From: a bacterium
Lineage (GTDB): Bacteria > Sysuimicrobiota > Sysuimicrobiia > Sysuimicrobiales > Kaftiobacteriaceae
Assembly (NCBI GenBank): GCA_044869795.1
Contig: JBIOXT010000298.1
Coordinates: 1 to 37,015, forward strand
DNA length: 37,015 nt
Reading direction: 5' to 3'
The translations under genes were made by a program, and so were the position numbers. This document shows positions 8,624 through 16,780 of the stretch, in pieces (the stretch's first letter is position 1; each line of letters starts with the position of its first letter). The notes under the pieces were generated by a model. That model was not told where the DNA came from and ran no database searches. It was given only the letters and a program-made list of their open reading frames with translations.

Positions 8624-9766
8624 ATGAAACGCGCAGCAGCACTCCTGACGCTCCTATTGACGATCGTCGCGGTGACCCCGATGCTGGGGCGTGCCCAGCA
8701 ACAGCCCGGCGACTGCCGTCCGGCAGGCGGCGCGCCGGCAGGGTTTCAGGCGATCACGATCGGCCATTTCTCGGAAGGGGCCAGCGACGTCGTGGAGTTC
8801 TGCCGCTATCTGGTCCGCCAGCGCATCTGGCCATCGTTTACCGATCTGGGCAGCTTCAAGGATCCCCGGGCCGCCCAGCGCGCCCATGATGCACTGGAGG
8901 CGGGCACGATCGACGTGCTGTGGGTCAATTCCTTCGCCGCCGGCGCGATCCTCGAGGCCAACCGTGCGCTCCGCCTGAAGGTCGTCGCGTTTACCGACTT
9001 CCTGGTCCTGCACGTCGGGACTCGCCAGGCCGGCGTCCAGGTCGCGACCGACACCGCGTTCGCTCCTGCTGAAGTCGCCGTGCGGGCCGGGCGCTCGATG
9101 TTTTTCGCCGACGCGCTGTTTGGGATACTCCATCTCAGGCCGCGGTGTCTGGAGTCGACGATCGGCTGCACGGTGCTGCCGGGAGAAGGCCTCGCGGCAG
9201 GGATCGAGCGGTTCCTCAGCGGCGGCGCCGGCCGTGCGGTGGTCATCGCGTCGTGGGCGCTGCCGCCGAAGGGTCCCGACGTCGTGGTCCGGTCCCTCTA
9301 CGCGGGGACGTTCCACCTCATCGGGGTGCCGCCCGCGACGGTCGTGTCGATGCAGGCGGTGGCGGGGACGCTGGCGATCCTGCAGATCCCGCGCGGCGCG
9401 TACGGCCCCAGCCAGAACGCCGACATCGGCACGGCGGCCGTCACGCAGATGGTTGTGAGCAGCACGCCCCCGGCCGTCCAGGCGCGCGTCAGCGAATTCG
9501 CCGACCGGCTCAACGAGGCGCTGCTGGACACCGAACCGCGATTCGACCTGATGAACGAGATGCCGGTGGCCCTCGCCATGGCCCGGCTGTTGGGCGCGAA
9601 CGTTGCAGGGCGGCTGATTCTGCACCCCCGGCTCGCGCTGTGGCTGGACCTGCATGATCTGCTGCGGTCGCCGCCCGAACCGCGGGAACCGGAGCCTCGG
9701 CCGAAGTGCCGGGACGGCGGCGGCGAGGGATCCCCGGTGCAGTCACCACCGCCTACGTGCGAGTGA
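8624..9766 (+). CDS. Secreted protein, possibly periplasmic solute-binding-like (PhnD/TAXI/NMT1-type), with a Pro/Glu-rich Cys-containing tail
   Basis: ATG 8624 with GAGGT upstream. Signal peptide: MKRAAALLTLLLTIVAVTPMLGRAQQ. The segment ALEAGTIDVLWVNSFAAGAILEA resembles type-2 binding proteins. Lies 4 nt after the previous gene. The functional assignment is weak. Confidence 0.55.
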   Translation: MKRAAALLTLLLTIVAVTPMLGRAQQQPGDCRPAGGAPAGFQAITIGHFSEGASDVVEFCRYLVRQRIWPSFTDLGSFKDPRAAQRAHDALEAGTIDVLWVNSFAAGAILEANRALRLKVVAFTDFLVLHVGTRQAGVQVATDTAFAPAEVAVRAGRSMFFADALFGILHLRPRCLESTIGCTVLPGEGLAAGIERFLSGGAGRAVVIASWALPPKGPDVVVRSLYAGTFHLIGVPPATVVSMQAVAGTLAILQIPRGAYGPSQNADIGTAAVTQMVVSSTPPAVQARVSEFADRLNEALLDTEPRFDLMNEMPVALAMARLLGANVAGRLILHPRLALWLDLHDLLRSPPEPREPEPRPKCRDGGGEGSPVQSPPPTCE

Positions 9767-10829
9767 TCTGAATGCGGTGCCAGGCGTTGTTGAGATATCC
9801 TTTGAAGTTCCACACCTGACGCGGGTCGTCCGGTTGCGAATTCCCCGCGGCATCCCGGGCGCGGGCGATCAGTTCATGGGTGCCGGGGGACAGATCCAGA
9901 TCGATGTCCCACAGACACCACCCCCACCTCGACGCCTGGCGGAGCGCAGCCTGCCGCCAGGTGCGCCCTCCGTCCGAGGAAACCTCGACCGCGGCGATCC
10001 TCCCTGCCCCGCTGAGGGCGTAGCCGCGCACAGCGCAGGGACCCGCGGGGATCTCGGCGTGGGCGGGGGGCGCGGCGATGACCGCATTTACGGGAATCTC
10101 CCCGATCATCTCCCCCGAGGCCCAATTCGCGGTCGCCGCGATCACGTCGGGGGGGAACATCTTGTACGCCTTCGCTTGAAAGAAGTTCTCAGACGGGGTG
10201 TCCGACACGACAATGTCCTTCAGCCACTTCACGCTGCGGGCGCCGATGTACCCTGGCACCATGACGCGCACGGGGGCACCATGCTCGGGTCGCAGAAGTT
10301 CGCCGTTCATCTCCCACGCGAGCAGGACCTCCGACGCCGTCGCTTTGTCCAGCGGGATCGATCCCCCGAACCCAAAGCGGCGGCCATCCTTGGTCACCTC
10401 ATCGGCGCCGGCAAACGCCACATGGCGCGCTTCCGGCATCGCCCCGGCGGCGGCGAGCACCGCCGTCAGCGGCACGCCCGCCCACCGCGCATTGCCAACG
10501 GCCTCGGTCTCCCAGGGAAGTTCACCCGGGACGGGCCGCAGCGCCATGAGCTCACTGCGGCGGTTTCCCGCGCATTCCACGGCGGCTTCCACCGTCGAGG
10601 CGGGAAATCGAGCCCGCAGCTCCCCGACCGTCAGCGCGAGCGCGTTCCGCACCATGCCCGTCACCGACACGCGGTGGGTGGCAGGGTCCAGCCGCGGCAT
10701 GGACCCGTGGTTGCGGACGAAGAAGTGATCGACAGGCGTCAGGGCGTGGGTCACCAGCCGATCGGCGGGAGCCCCGCCGTTGATTGGTTCGGACTCCTTG
10801 ACGACGAACGCCGCATGCTTTCCCTGCAA
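9753..10829 (-). CDS. Sulfite oxidase-family molybdopterin oxidoreductase (Oxidored_molyb + Mo-co dimerisation domains)
   Basis: Motifs: FFVRNHGSMP, the Mo-ligand cysteine in AVECAGNRR, VRVMVPGYIGARSVKWL, and a C-terminal Ig-like dimerisation domain. The ORF is open to 10922 (TTG). I prefer TTG 10827-10829, which has GAGGAG 5 nt upstream. The start remains uncertain. No Tat or Sec signal is visible. Confidence 0.8.
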   Translation of the reverse strand: MQGKHAAFVVKESEPINGGAPADRLVTHALTPVDHFFVRNHGSMPRLDPATHRVSVTGMVRNALALTVGELRARFPASTVEAAVECAGNRRSELMALRPVPGELPWETEAVGNARWAGVPLTAVLAAAGAMPEARHVAFAGADEVTKDGRRFGFGGSIPLDKATASEVLLAWEMNGELLRPEHGAPVRVMVPGYIGARSVKWLKDIVVSDTPSENFFQAKAYKMFPPDVIAATANWASGEMIGEIPVNAVIAAPPAHAEIPAGPCAVRGYALSGAGRIAAVEVSSDGGRTWRQAALRQASRWGWCLWDIDLDLSPGTHELIARARDAAGNSQPDDPRQVWNFKGYLNNAWHRIQITRT

Positions 10830-10921
10830 GGTCACTCCTCGTAGTTCAACAGGACCGTCGCTCCCGCCCTGCCCTAAACCAGCCGAGGCATTCCAGAGCG
10901 AGGAGCGAATCCCCAAGGGCA

Positions 10922-11620
10922 ATGGACTCGTTGATCCACATCACGAGGGAGCCCGCCCGCCCATCTGCGGGGAAACCTCCGCTGCTGCTGCTGCTGCATG
11001 GATTCGGCAGCCATGAAGGCGACCTGATGGGCCTGGCCCCGTACGTGGACGGCCGGTTCTTTCTCGTCAGCGCCCGCGGCCCGATCACACTGGCGCCCGG
11101 TGCGTTTGCATGGTTCCACATCATCGACCTGACCGTCAATCCGCCGGTGATTGCCGCAGAGGAGGCCGAGCGCAGCCGCCGGATGCTCGCGGGGTTCATC
11201 GACGAGGTGACGGACCGCCTCGGGCTGGATGCGCAGCGGGTGTACCTGATGGGGTTCAGCCAGGGCGCGATCATGGCGCTGAGCCTCGCCCTCACGGAGC
11301 CGGACACACTGGCGGGCGCGGTGGCGATGAGCGGGCGGATCATTCCGGACGTCCTTGCCCAGGCGGCCCCGCCCGAGCGGATGGCCGGGCTGCCGGTGAT
11401 GGTCGTGCACGGGGCATTCGATCCGCTGCTTCCTGTGGAAGACTACGGACGCCCGACGCGCGATATCCTCGCCGCCCTGCCGGTGGCACTGACCTACAAA
11501 GAATACCCGATGGGCCACCAGGTATCCGACGAGAGCCTGGATGACGCGATGCGCTGGCTGACGGAACGCCTTGAGAGTCCCCGCCGCGACGAGCCGGCGG
11601 GCTCGCAGGTGAGGCGGTGA
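10922..11620 (+). CDS. Phospholipase/carboxylesterase-family alpha/beta hydrolase
   Basis: 232-aa ORF. Motifs: PLLLLLHGFGSHEGDL, the nucleophile elbow GFSQGA, and VVHGAFDPLLP...GH. Confidence 0.8.
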   Translation: MDSLIHITREPARPSAGKPPLLLLLHGFGSHEGDLMGLAPYVDGRFFLVSARGPITLAPGAFAWFHIIDLTVNPPVIAAEEAERSRRMLAGFIDEVTDRLGLDAQRVYLMGFSQGAIMALSLALTEPDTLAGAVAMSGRIIPDVLAQAAPPERMAGLPVMVVHGAFDPLLPVEDYGRPTRDILAALPVALTYKEYPMGHQVSDESLDDAMRWLTERLESPRRDEPAGSQVRR

Positions 11621-12423
11621 TCACCGGCATCGATCACATCGTGATCCTGGTCGATGATCTCGGCGCCGCAATGCGGCAGTATGCATCCGTGGGGTTCGTC
11701 GTCACGCGGGGCGGGACGCATCCGGGAGCGGGGACGGAAAACGCCTTGATCCCGCTCGCCGACGGCGCATACCTGGAACTCCTGGCCGTGACCGACCCGG
11801 TCGTGGGGCTGGGGCATCCGCTGTGGTCACGCCCGGATGGAAGCCGGCGGAAGGCGGGGGACTACGGAGGGTTTGCCCTCAGCACCGACGACGTCGAGGG
11901 CGACGTCCGGCGGATCGTCGCTGCGGGGCTGACGATGACGCCGCCGCGGGACGGCTCGCGGGAACGCACCGACAAGACGGTCGTGCGGTGGCGGGTCTCG
12001 TTCCCGGACCAGGGCGAGCTGCCGTTCCTGATTCAAGATCTCACGCCGCGGAACGCGCGCATCGCGCGGCCGGAGCGGGGGCTGGGACTGCGCGCGGCCA
12101 TCAGCGAGGTCCGCGTCGCCACCGCCGACCTTCCCGCGGCAGTGCGCGCGTACAATCAGCTTCTCGACACGCCGGCGCTCGGCGCCGCCCCTGCCGCGGG
12201 GGAAGTTCACTTCCTGACGTCACGCGGCGAGATCATCCTGGCCGACCATGCCGGAAGCACCCGCGCCGGCGGGCTCTTCGAGATCGTGCTCGCGGTGGCT
12301 GAATGGAGCATTGCGACGCGGGAACTGCTGCCCCGCCTCGAGCATCGCGCCGGCGGCTGGCTCATTCCGCCGCCGATGACGGCGGGCGCACGCGTCCTGC
12401 TGCGCCCGAAGGCAGGCCCCTAG
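11617..12423 (+). CDS. VOC-family (glyoxalase-like domain) protein
   Basis: 268-aa ORF. The GTG start overlaps the preceding stop (GTGA). N-terminus: ITGIDHIVILVDDLGAAMRQYASVGFVVTRGGTHPGAGTENALIPLADGAYLELLAV. Confidence 0.75.
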   Translation: MITGIDHIVILVDDLGAAMRQYASVGFVVTRGGTHPGAGTENALIPLADGAYLELLAVTDPVVGLGHPLWSRPDGSRRKAGDYGGFALSTDDVEGDVRRIVAAGLTMTPPRDGSRERTDKTVVRWRVSFPDQGELPFLIQDLTPRNARIARPERGLGLRAAISEVRVATADLPAAVRAYNQLLDTPALGAAPAAGEVHFLTSRGEIILADHAGSTRAGGLFEIVLAVAEWSIATRELLPRLEHRAGGWLIPPPMTAGARVLLRPKAGP

Positions 12424-12440
12424 ACGCCGGAAGGCGGCCT

Positions 12441-12701
12441 TTAGACCGCGCGGGATCGGGTCAGGAGCCCGAGGATCCAGAGAAAGACGATTGCGCCGAC
12501 CGTGGCGACCACGATCGAGTAGAGGTTCACTCCGGTCGCCCCGGCGCCGCCAAACAACCCGAAGACCCAACCCCCGACGACGGCGCCGACCACGCCGACC
12601 AGCAGCGTGACCAGAAACCCGCCGCCCTGGCGGCCGGGCATGAGCAATTTCGCGAGATAACCGGCGATCAGTCCGATGACGATCCAGGCGATCCAGCTCA
12701 T
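12441..12701 (-). CDS. GlsB/YeaQ/YmgE-family stress-response membrane protein
   Basis: 86 aa: MSWIAWIVIGLIAGYLAKLLMPGRQGGGFLVTLLVGVVGAVVGGWVF, the classic transglycosylase-associated family sequence. GGAGGTG (12706-12712, reverse strand) lies upstream of the ATG. Confidence 0.85.
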   Translation of the reverse strand: MSWIAWIVIGLIAGYLAKLLMPGRQGGGFLVTLLVGVVGAVVGGWVFGLFGGAGATGVNLYSIVVATVGAIVFLWILGLLTRSRAV

Positions 12702-12720
12702 CGTTCACCTCCACTGAGTC

Positions 12721-12796
12721 TGGCGGGCCCGGAGGGATTCGAACCCCCAACGCCGGGGTTAGAAACCCCGTGCTCTGTCCGTTGAGCTACGGGCCC
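12721..12796 (-). tRNA. tRNA-Arg (anticodon UCU), CCA encoded
   Basis: Reverse complement: GGGCCCG-TA-GCTC-AACGGACA-GAGC-A-CGGGG-TTTCTAA-CCCCG-GCGTT-GGGGG-TTCGAAT-CCCTC-CGGGCCC-G-CCA. It folds by hand into a 76-nt cloverleaf. The anticodon loop TT-TCT-AA gives anticodon TCT. Confidence 0.9.
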
Positions 12797-12829
12797 GGAA
12801 TGTCCAACGGTAGTATAGCGCAGGGAGCC

Positions 12830-13807
12830 TTACGTGAGGCGGTTCACCCAGAACAGCGACAACCCGACGGCACCGAGCGCGAGCAGCGCGGCGGCCCCCG
12901 CGGCAACGCCGGTCACTTCGGTGGGCTTGTACTCCCACCCGATCATCCGGCTCAACTGACGGTACACGTCGCGGAGCTGGCCGACCGAACGCGCCAGGAA
13001 GTAGTTGCCGCCGGTGACCTCGGCCATTTCCCGCAGCGTGTCTTCATCCAGGCGCACCCAGATGCTGCGGCCGCCGAGGTTGAGGAACGTCCCCTCCGGC
13101 GTCCCCACGCCGATCGTGTACACTTTGACCTCCTGCTGCCGGGCCGTGCGCGCGGCGTCCACCGGCAGCACACCGCGGTTGCTCTGCCCGTCGGACAACA
13201 ACACGACCGTCCCCGGGGGCACGGGGGGCTTCGGCACCGGCGCCGGCATCCCCGAACCCAGCGGCCGCTCACGACCGGGCAGCGCCCAGACGGCTTCCAG
13301 CAGCCCGTCCCCGATGGCCGTGGCGAACTCGGTGTTCAGCAGATCGATGGCCTCGAGCACCCGGTTGTGGTCGACGGTCGGCGGAACCAGCAGCGTCGCG
13401 TAGCTGCTGAACGTCACCAGGCCGACCTTGAGGCCGCGCGGCAGGCCCTGCACGAATTCTCGCGCCGCGGCCTTCGCCGCTTCGATGCGCATCGGCGGCA
13501 GGTCGTCGGCGAGCATGCTGCGGCTGACATCAATCGACAGGACGACGGTGTTCTGGGTTGCGGGGATCGGGAACGGCGCGATGGGCCGTGCCATGGCAGT
13601 GATGACGGCGACCAGCGAAAGACCAAACATGACGGCCGGAACGTGCCGGCGCCAGCGTCTTCCCTGCTGCGCGGCAGTCTTCAAGACAGCGACGCCGGTG
13701 TACCGGACGGCCTCGCGGGGCGGCTGCCGCAGAGCCCGCACGTACAGCCAAGCGACGACGGGGATCAGGAGCAGCCCCGCCAGCAAGGACGGCCATTGAA
13801 AGGTCAC
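12830..13807 (-). CDS. VWA domain-containing membrane protein (BatB-like)
   Basis: The ORF is open to 13912, but GTG 13805-13807 overlaps the upstream TGA (GTGA). That start gives VTFQWPSLLAGLLLIPVVAWLY, which parallels the BatA-like N-terminus. MIDAS motif DVSRSM. C-terminal TM: AAGAAALLALGAVGLSLFWV. Confidence 0.8.
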   Translation of the reverse strand: MTFQWPSLLAGLLLIPVVAWLYVRALRQPPREAVRYTGVAVLKTAAQQGRRWRRHVPAVMFGLSLVAVITAMARPIAPFPIPATQNTVVLSIDVSRSMLADDLPPMRIEAAKAAAREFVQGLPRGLKVGLVTFSSYATLLVPPTVDHNRVLEAIDLLNTEFATAIGDGLLEAVWALPGRERPLGSGMPAPVPKPPVPPGTVVLLSDGQSNRGVLPVDAARTARQQEVKVYTIGVGTPEGTFLNLGGRSIWVRLDEDTLREMAEVTGGNYFLARSVGQLRDVYRQLSRMIGWEYKPTEVTGVAAGAAALLALGAVGLSLFWVNRLT

Positions 13808-14853
13808 GGCACTCTCCGGAACCAGACCAGCGACAGCAGCCCGCCCGTTACCAGCAGTATACCCGCTCCGCCGGCCACGATGGAGGAAACCTCGGTGCGC
13901 CGCCGTTCCCATCCGATCGAGCGGCCGAGCTCCTGGTAGGCTTTGCGGAGCGCATCTTCTTGGGTGATGTCCAGGTAGCGGCCGTCCGCCAGCTGCGCGA
14001 TCTGCTGGAGGATGCGCGAGTCGAACGGCACGAGCACGAGTTGCCCGTCGATCGTCATCACGCTGCCGGCCGGGGTGCCGACGCCGACGCCGAAGACGCG
14101 CACCCGTCCCTCCCGCGCCAGCGCCGCGGCCTGGGTGGGATCGACACCCATGTTGCTCACACCATCGGAAAAGATGATCACGGCCGCCGGCGGCAGATCT
14201 TCCGCGCGCAGCGGAGTCGCCGGCTGGCCGGGACCCTGCGACGGGGGCGGCGGGACCGGTGCGAGCTGCCCGGGGATCTGCCGCCCGATGTTGAGCTTGT
14301 CGCCGAGGAACTCCTTGCGGCCGGGCAGCGCCCGCAGCGATTCGACAATCGCCCCCCCGACGCCGGTGGCCTGCTGCAGCTTCAAACCTTCGATCGCCTC
14401 ACGGAGCTGCTGGCGGTCCGTCGTCGGGGGCACCAGCACCTGCGCGTAATCGCTGAAGATGACGATCCCGACCTGCGTCGAGCGCGGCACGGCGTCCAGC
14501 GCCTGAAGGGCCGAGTCCTGCGCCGCCCGCAGCCGGCTGGGCTTGACGTCGTCCCCGATCATGCTCTTGCTGACATCGATGGCCAGGATCACGGCGGCCC
14601 GGTTCACCGGCAGGGGGACTGCCGCGATCGGGCGCGCCACCGCAAACAGCAGCAGCGCGATGGCGATGCCGTACAGCACCAGCGGCAGCGTGCGGCGCAC
14701 CGCCGGCGGCCGCTGCCAGAGAAACGGCCTCAGGTGAGGATCGGCCAGGACGCGCTCACGCCGGGCGGCCGCCCGCCGAAAGCGGACGTAGGCCCACAGG
14801 AGCAGCGGGACCAGGAGCAGTCCCCACAGCATCACCGGCCAGCCAAATTCCAC
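13804..14853 (-). CDS. VWA domain-containing membrane protein (BatA-like)
   Basis: 349 aa. N-terminus: MEFGWPVMLWGLLLVPLLLWAY. MIDAS motif DVSKSM. Has a C-terminal TM helix. The start overlaps the DUF58 gene by 22 nt. Confidence 0.8.
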   Translation of the reverse strand: MEFGWPVMLWGLLLVPLLLWAYVRFRRAAARRERVLADPHLRPFLWQRPPAVRRTLPLVLYGIAIALLLFAVARPIAAVPLPVNRAAVILAIDVSKSMIGDDVKPSRLRAAQDSALQALDAVPRSTQVGIVIFSDYAQVLVPPTTDRQQLREAIEGLKLQQATGVGGAIVESLRALPGRKEFLGDKLNIGRQIPGQLAPVPPPPSQGPGQPATPLRAEDLPPAAVIIFSDGVSNMGVDPTQAAALAREGRVRVFGVGVGTPAGSVMTIDGQLVLVPFDSRILQQIAQLADGRYLDITQEDALRKAYQELGRSIGWERRRTEVSSIVAGGAGILLVTGGLLSLVWFRRVP

Positions 14854-15719
14854 CGACCCTTCCTCCTCCGGTATGTGACAAATCTCAGCAGCGGATCCAC
14901 CAGCGGCTCCGCGGTCGACAGATCCAGGACATCGACGCGCGCGTTCCGGAACATCTGGTCCGTCCTCGACCGCTGCGCGCCGACGAGCTGACGGTACGCC
15001 TCACGGACCTTGGGGTCGGACGTGTCCACCCACAACTGCTCGCCGGTTTCCGGATCCCGGACCGGCATCCCGCCGACGTCCGGCAGCTCGCGCTCGGCCG
15101 GATCGTCGATGCGAACCGCAATCAGATCATGCCGCCCGGCCAGCTCGCGCAGCGGCCGCTCCCATCCGTCACCGAGGAAATCCGAGATGACGAACACGAG
15201 GCTGCGGCGCCGCAGGATGGGGATCAGGTCGCGCAGGCTCGTGGCCAGATCGCCGGGGCGATCGTGGTCGCCCAGCGAGGTCAGTTCATGGATGATGCGC
15301 AGCGTGTGGATGCGCCCGCCGCGCGGCGGCACGTAGACGCCGCGGCCGGGAAATCCGATCAGCCCCATCTTGTCGCCGTGCCGGCTGACGATGTAACTCG
15401 CCACCGCCGCGAACTCGGTCGCCGTGTCCCGCTTCAATTCCCGCCGCGTCCCAAAGCGCATCGACGGCGAGAGGTCGACCAGCAGCCAGGCCGTGAGCTC
15501 CTTCTCCTCCAGGTACTGCCGGACGAACAGCCGGTGCATGCGGGCGGTGACGTTCCAGTCGATGCGCCGCACCTCGTCGCCGGGCTGGTACTCGCGGACC
15601 TCGGCGAGGTCGAGGCTGGGACCGTAAAAGATGCCGGTGTAATCGCCGAACAGGAACCCGTCCAGGCGGCGCACGACCTTGAACTCCAGGCGGCGGAGGA
15701 CCTTCTCTGGAGTTTCCAT
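14832..15719 (-). CDS. DUF58 domain-containing protein
   Basis: 295 aa. Sequence EVREYQPGDEVRRIDWNVTARMHRLFVRQYLEEKELTAWLLVDLSPSM is the signature DUF58 region. Lies 10 nt downstream of moxR. Confidence 0.85.
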   Translation of the reverse strand: METPEKVLRRLEFKVVRRLDGFLFGDYTGIFYGPSLDLAEVREYQPGDEVRRIDWNVTARMHRLFVRQYLEEKELTAWLLVDLSPSMRFGTRRELKRDTATEFAAVASYIVSRHGDKMGLIGFPGRGVYVPPRGGRIHTLRIIHELTSLGDHDRPGDLATSLRDLIPILRRRSLVFVISDFLGDGWERPLRELAGRHDLIAVRIDDPAERELPDVGGMPVRDPETGEQLWVDTSDPKVREAYRQLVGAQRSRTDQMFRNARVDVLDLSTAEPLVDPLLRFVTYRRRKGRWNLAGR

Positions 15720-15729
15720 GGGGGCAGCC

Positions 15730-16764
15730 CTACCCCGGAGGCGTGATCGCTCCGGCCTTGGTCTGCTCGTAGGGGTCGCCGATGTGGACCCGCGGGGCCG
15801 GGACCCGCTCGAGCACCCGCGCCAGGATCTGGTCCGGCCCGACGTCCTGCGCGAGCGCTTCGTAGGAGAGCACGAAGCGGTGCCGCATCACCTCCGGCGC
15901 GAGGTCTCGCACGTCCTCCGGGAGGACGTACTCGCGGCTGCGCAGCAGGGCCAGCGCCTTCGCGCCGAGGATGAGGTTGAGCGATGCGCGGGGGCTGCTG
16001 CCGAATGAGATGAACGCCCCGAGGTCGGCGAGGCCGAAGTCCTTCGGCCGCCGCGTGGCGTTGGCCAGCGTCACCGCGTACTCCATGATCTTGGGATGGA
16101 CGTACACGGCGTCGGCGATGCGCTGGATCTGCAGCAGCTCGTCCGCGGTCATCACGGGCTGCACCGTCGGATACTCCACGGTCATGCGCTCGACGATGGT
16201 GATCTCCTCGTGCACGCTGGGGTACGAGATGACGACTTTGAACAGGAACCGATCGACCTGCGCCTCGGGCAGCGGGTACGTGCCTTCACTCTCGATCGGG
16301 TTCTGCGTCGCCAGCACCAGGAACGGGTTCGGCACCGTAAAGGTCTGCTTGCCGATGGTGACCTGACGCTCTTGCATCGCCTCAAGCAGCGCGGACTGGA
16401 CTTTGGCCGGAGCCCGGTTGATTTCGTCGGCGAGGACCAGGTTGGCGAACACCGGACCGAGCTCGGTCTCGAACGTCCCGGTGTGCTGGTTATAGATCCG
16501 CGTGCCGACAAGATCGGCGGGCACCAGATCCGGCGTGAACTGGATGCGTTTGAATTCGGCGTCGATGGACTGCGCCGTGGTCTTGATGGCCAGCGTCTTG
16601 GCCAGCCCCGGGACGCCCTCGATCAACACGTGTCCGCGCGCCAGCAGGGCGACGAGGATCCGCTCCAGCATCAAGTCCTGACCCACGATCACCTTCTTGA
16701 TCTCGACCAGCACTGTGCGCATCGTGGCCGAGGCCTGCTGGAACGTCTCCACCGGATAGACCAT
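15730..16764 (-). CDS. MoxR-family AAA+ ATPase
   Basis: 344 aa. Motifs: HVLIEGVPGLAKT (Walker A), LADEINRAPAKVQSALLEAM (Walker B / sensor), TFTVPNPFLVLATQNPIE. GGAGG lies 7 nt upstream of the ATG. Confidence 0.92.
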   Translation of the reverse strand: MVYPVETFQQASATMRTVLVEIKKVIVGQDLMLERILVALLARGHVLIEGVPGLAKTLAIKTTAQSIDAEFKRIQFTPDLVPADLVGTRIYNQHTGTFETELGPVFANLVLADEINRAPAKVQSALLEAMQERQVTIGKQTFTVPNPFLVLATQNPIESEGTYPLPEAQVDRFLFKVVISYPSVHEEITIVERMTVEYPTVQPVMTADELLQIQRIADAVYVHPKIMEYAVTLANATRRPKDFGLADLGAFISFGSSPRASLNLILGAKALALLRSREYVLPEDVRDLAPEVMRHRFVLSYEALAQDVGPDQILARVLERVPAPRVHIGDPYEQTKAGAITPPG

Positions 16765-16780
16765 GCGAGTGCCTCCGTCT

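Noticed and set aside
12424-12440. Bidirectional terminator between the convergent VOC and glsB genes (GCCG-GAAGG-CGGC)
   Set aside because: The stem is only 4 bp with no T-tract, which is too weak to call.
12721-12796. tRNA genes as integration sites of a genomic island
   Set aside because: There is no integrase, no direct repeat of the tRNA 3' end and no compositional shift on either side of tRNA-Arg or tRNA-Pro. The flanking genes look like ordinary chromosomal genes.
13808-13912. N-terminal extension of the BatB-like ORF (also 7584-7697 for DinB, 17795-17848 for HtrA, 36021-36095 for PBP1A, 20249-20311 for Ku, 10830-10922 for the sulfite-oxidase-like gene)
   Set aside because: In each case an internal start gives a family-typical N-terminus or signal peptide, has a better RBS or a 4-nt start/stop overlap, and removes an implausible overlap with the neighbouring gene.
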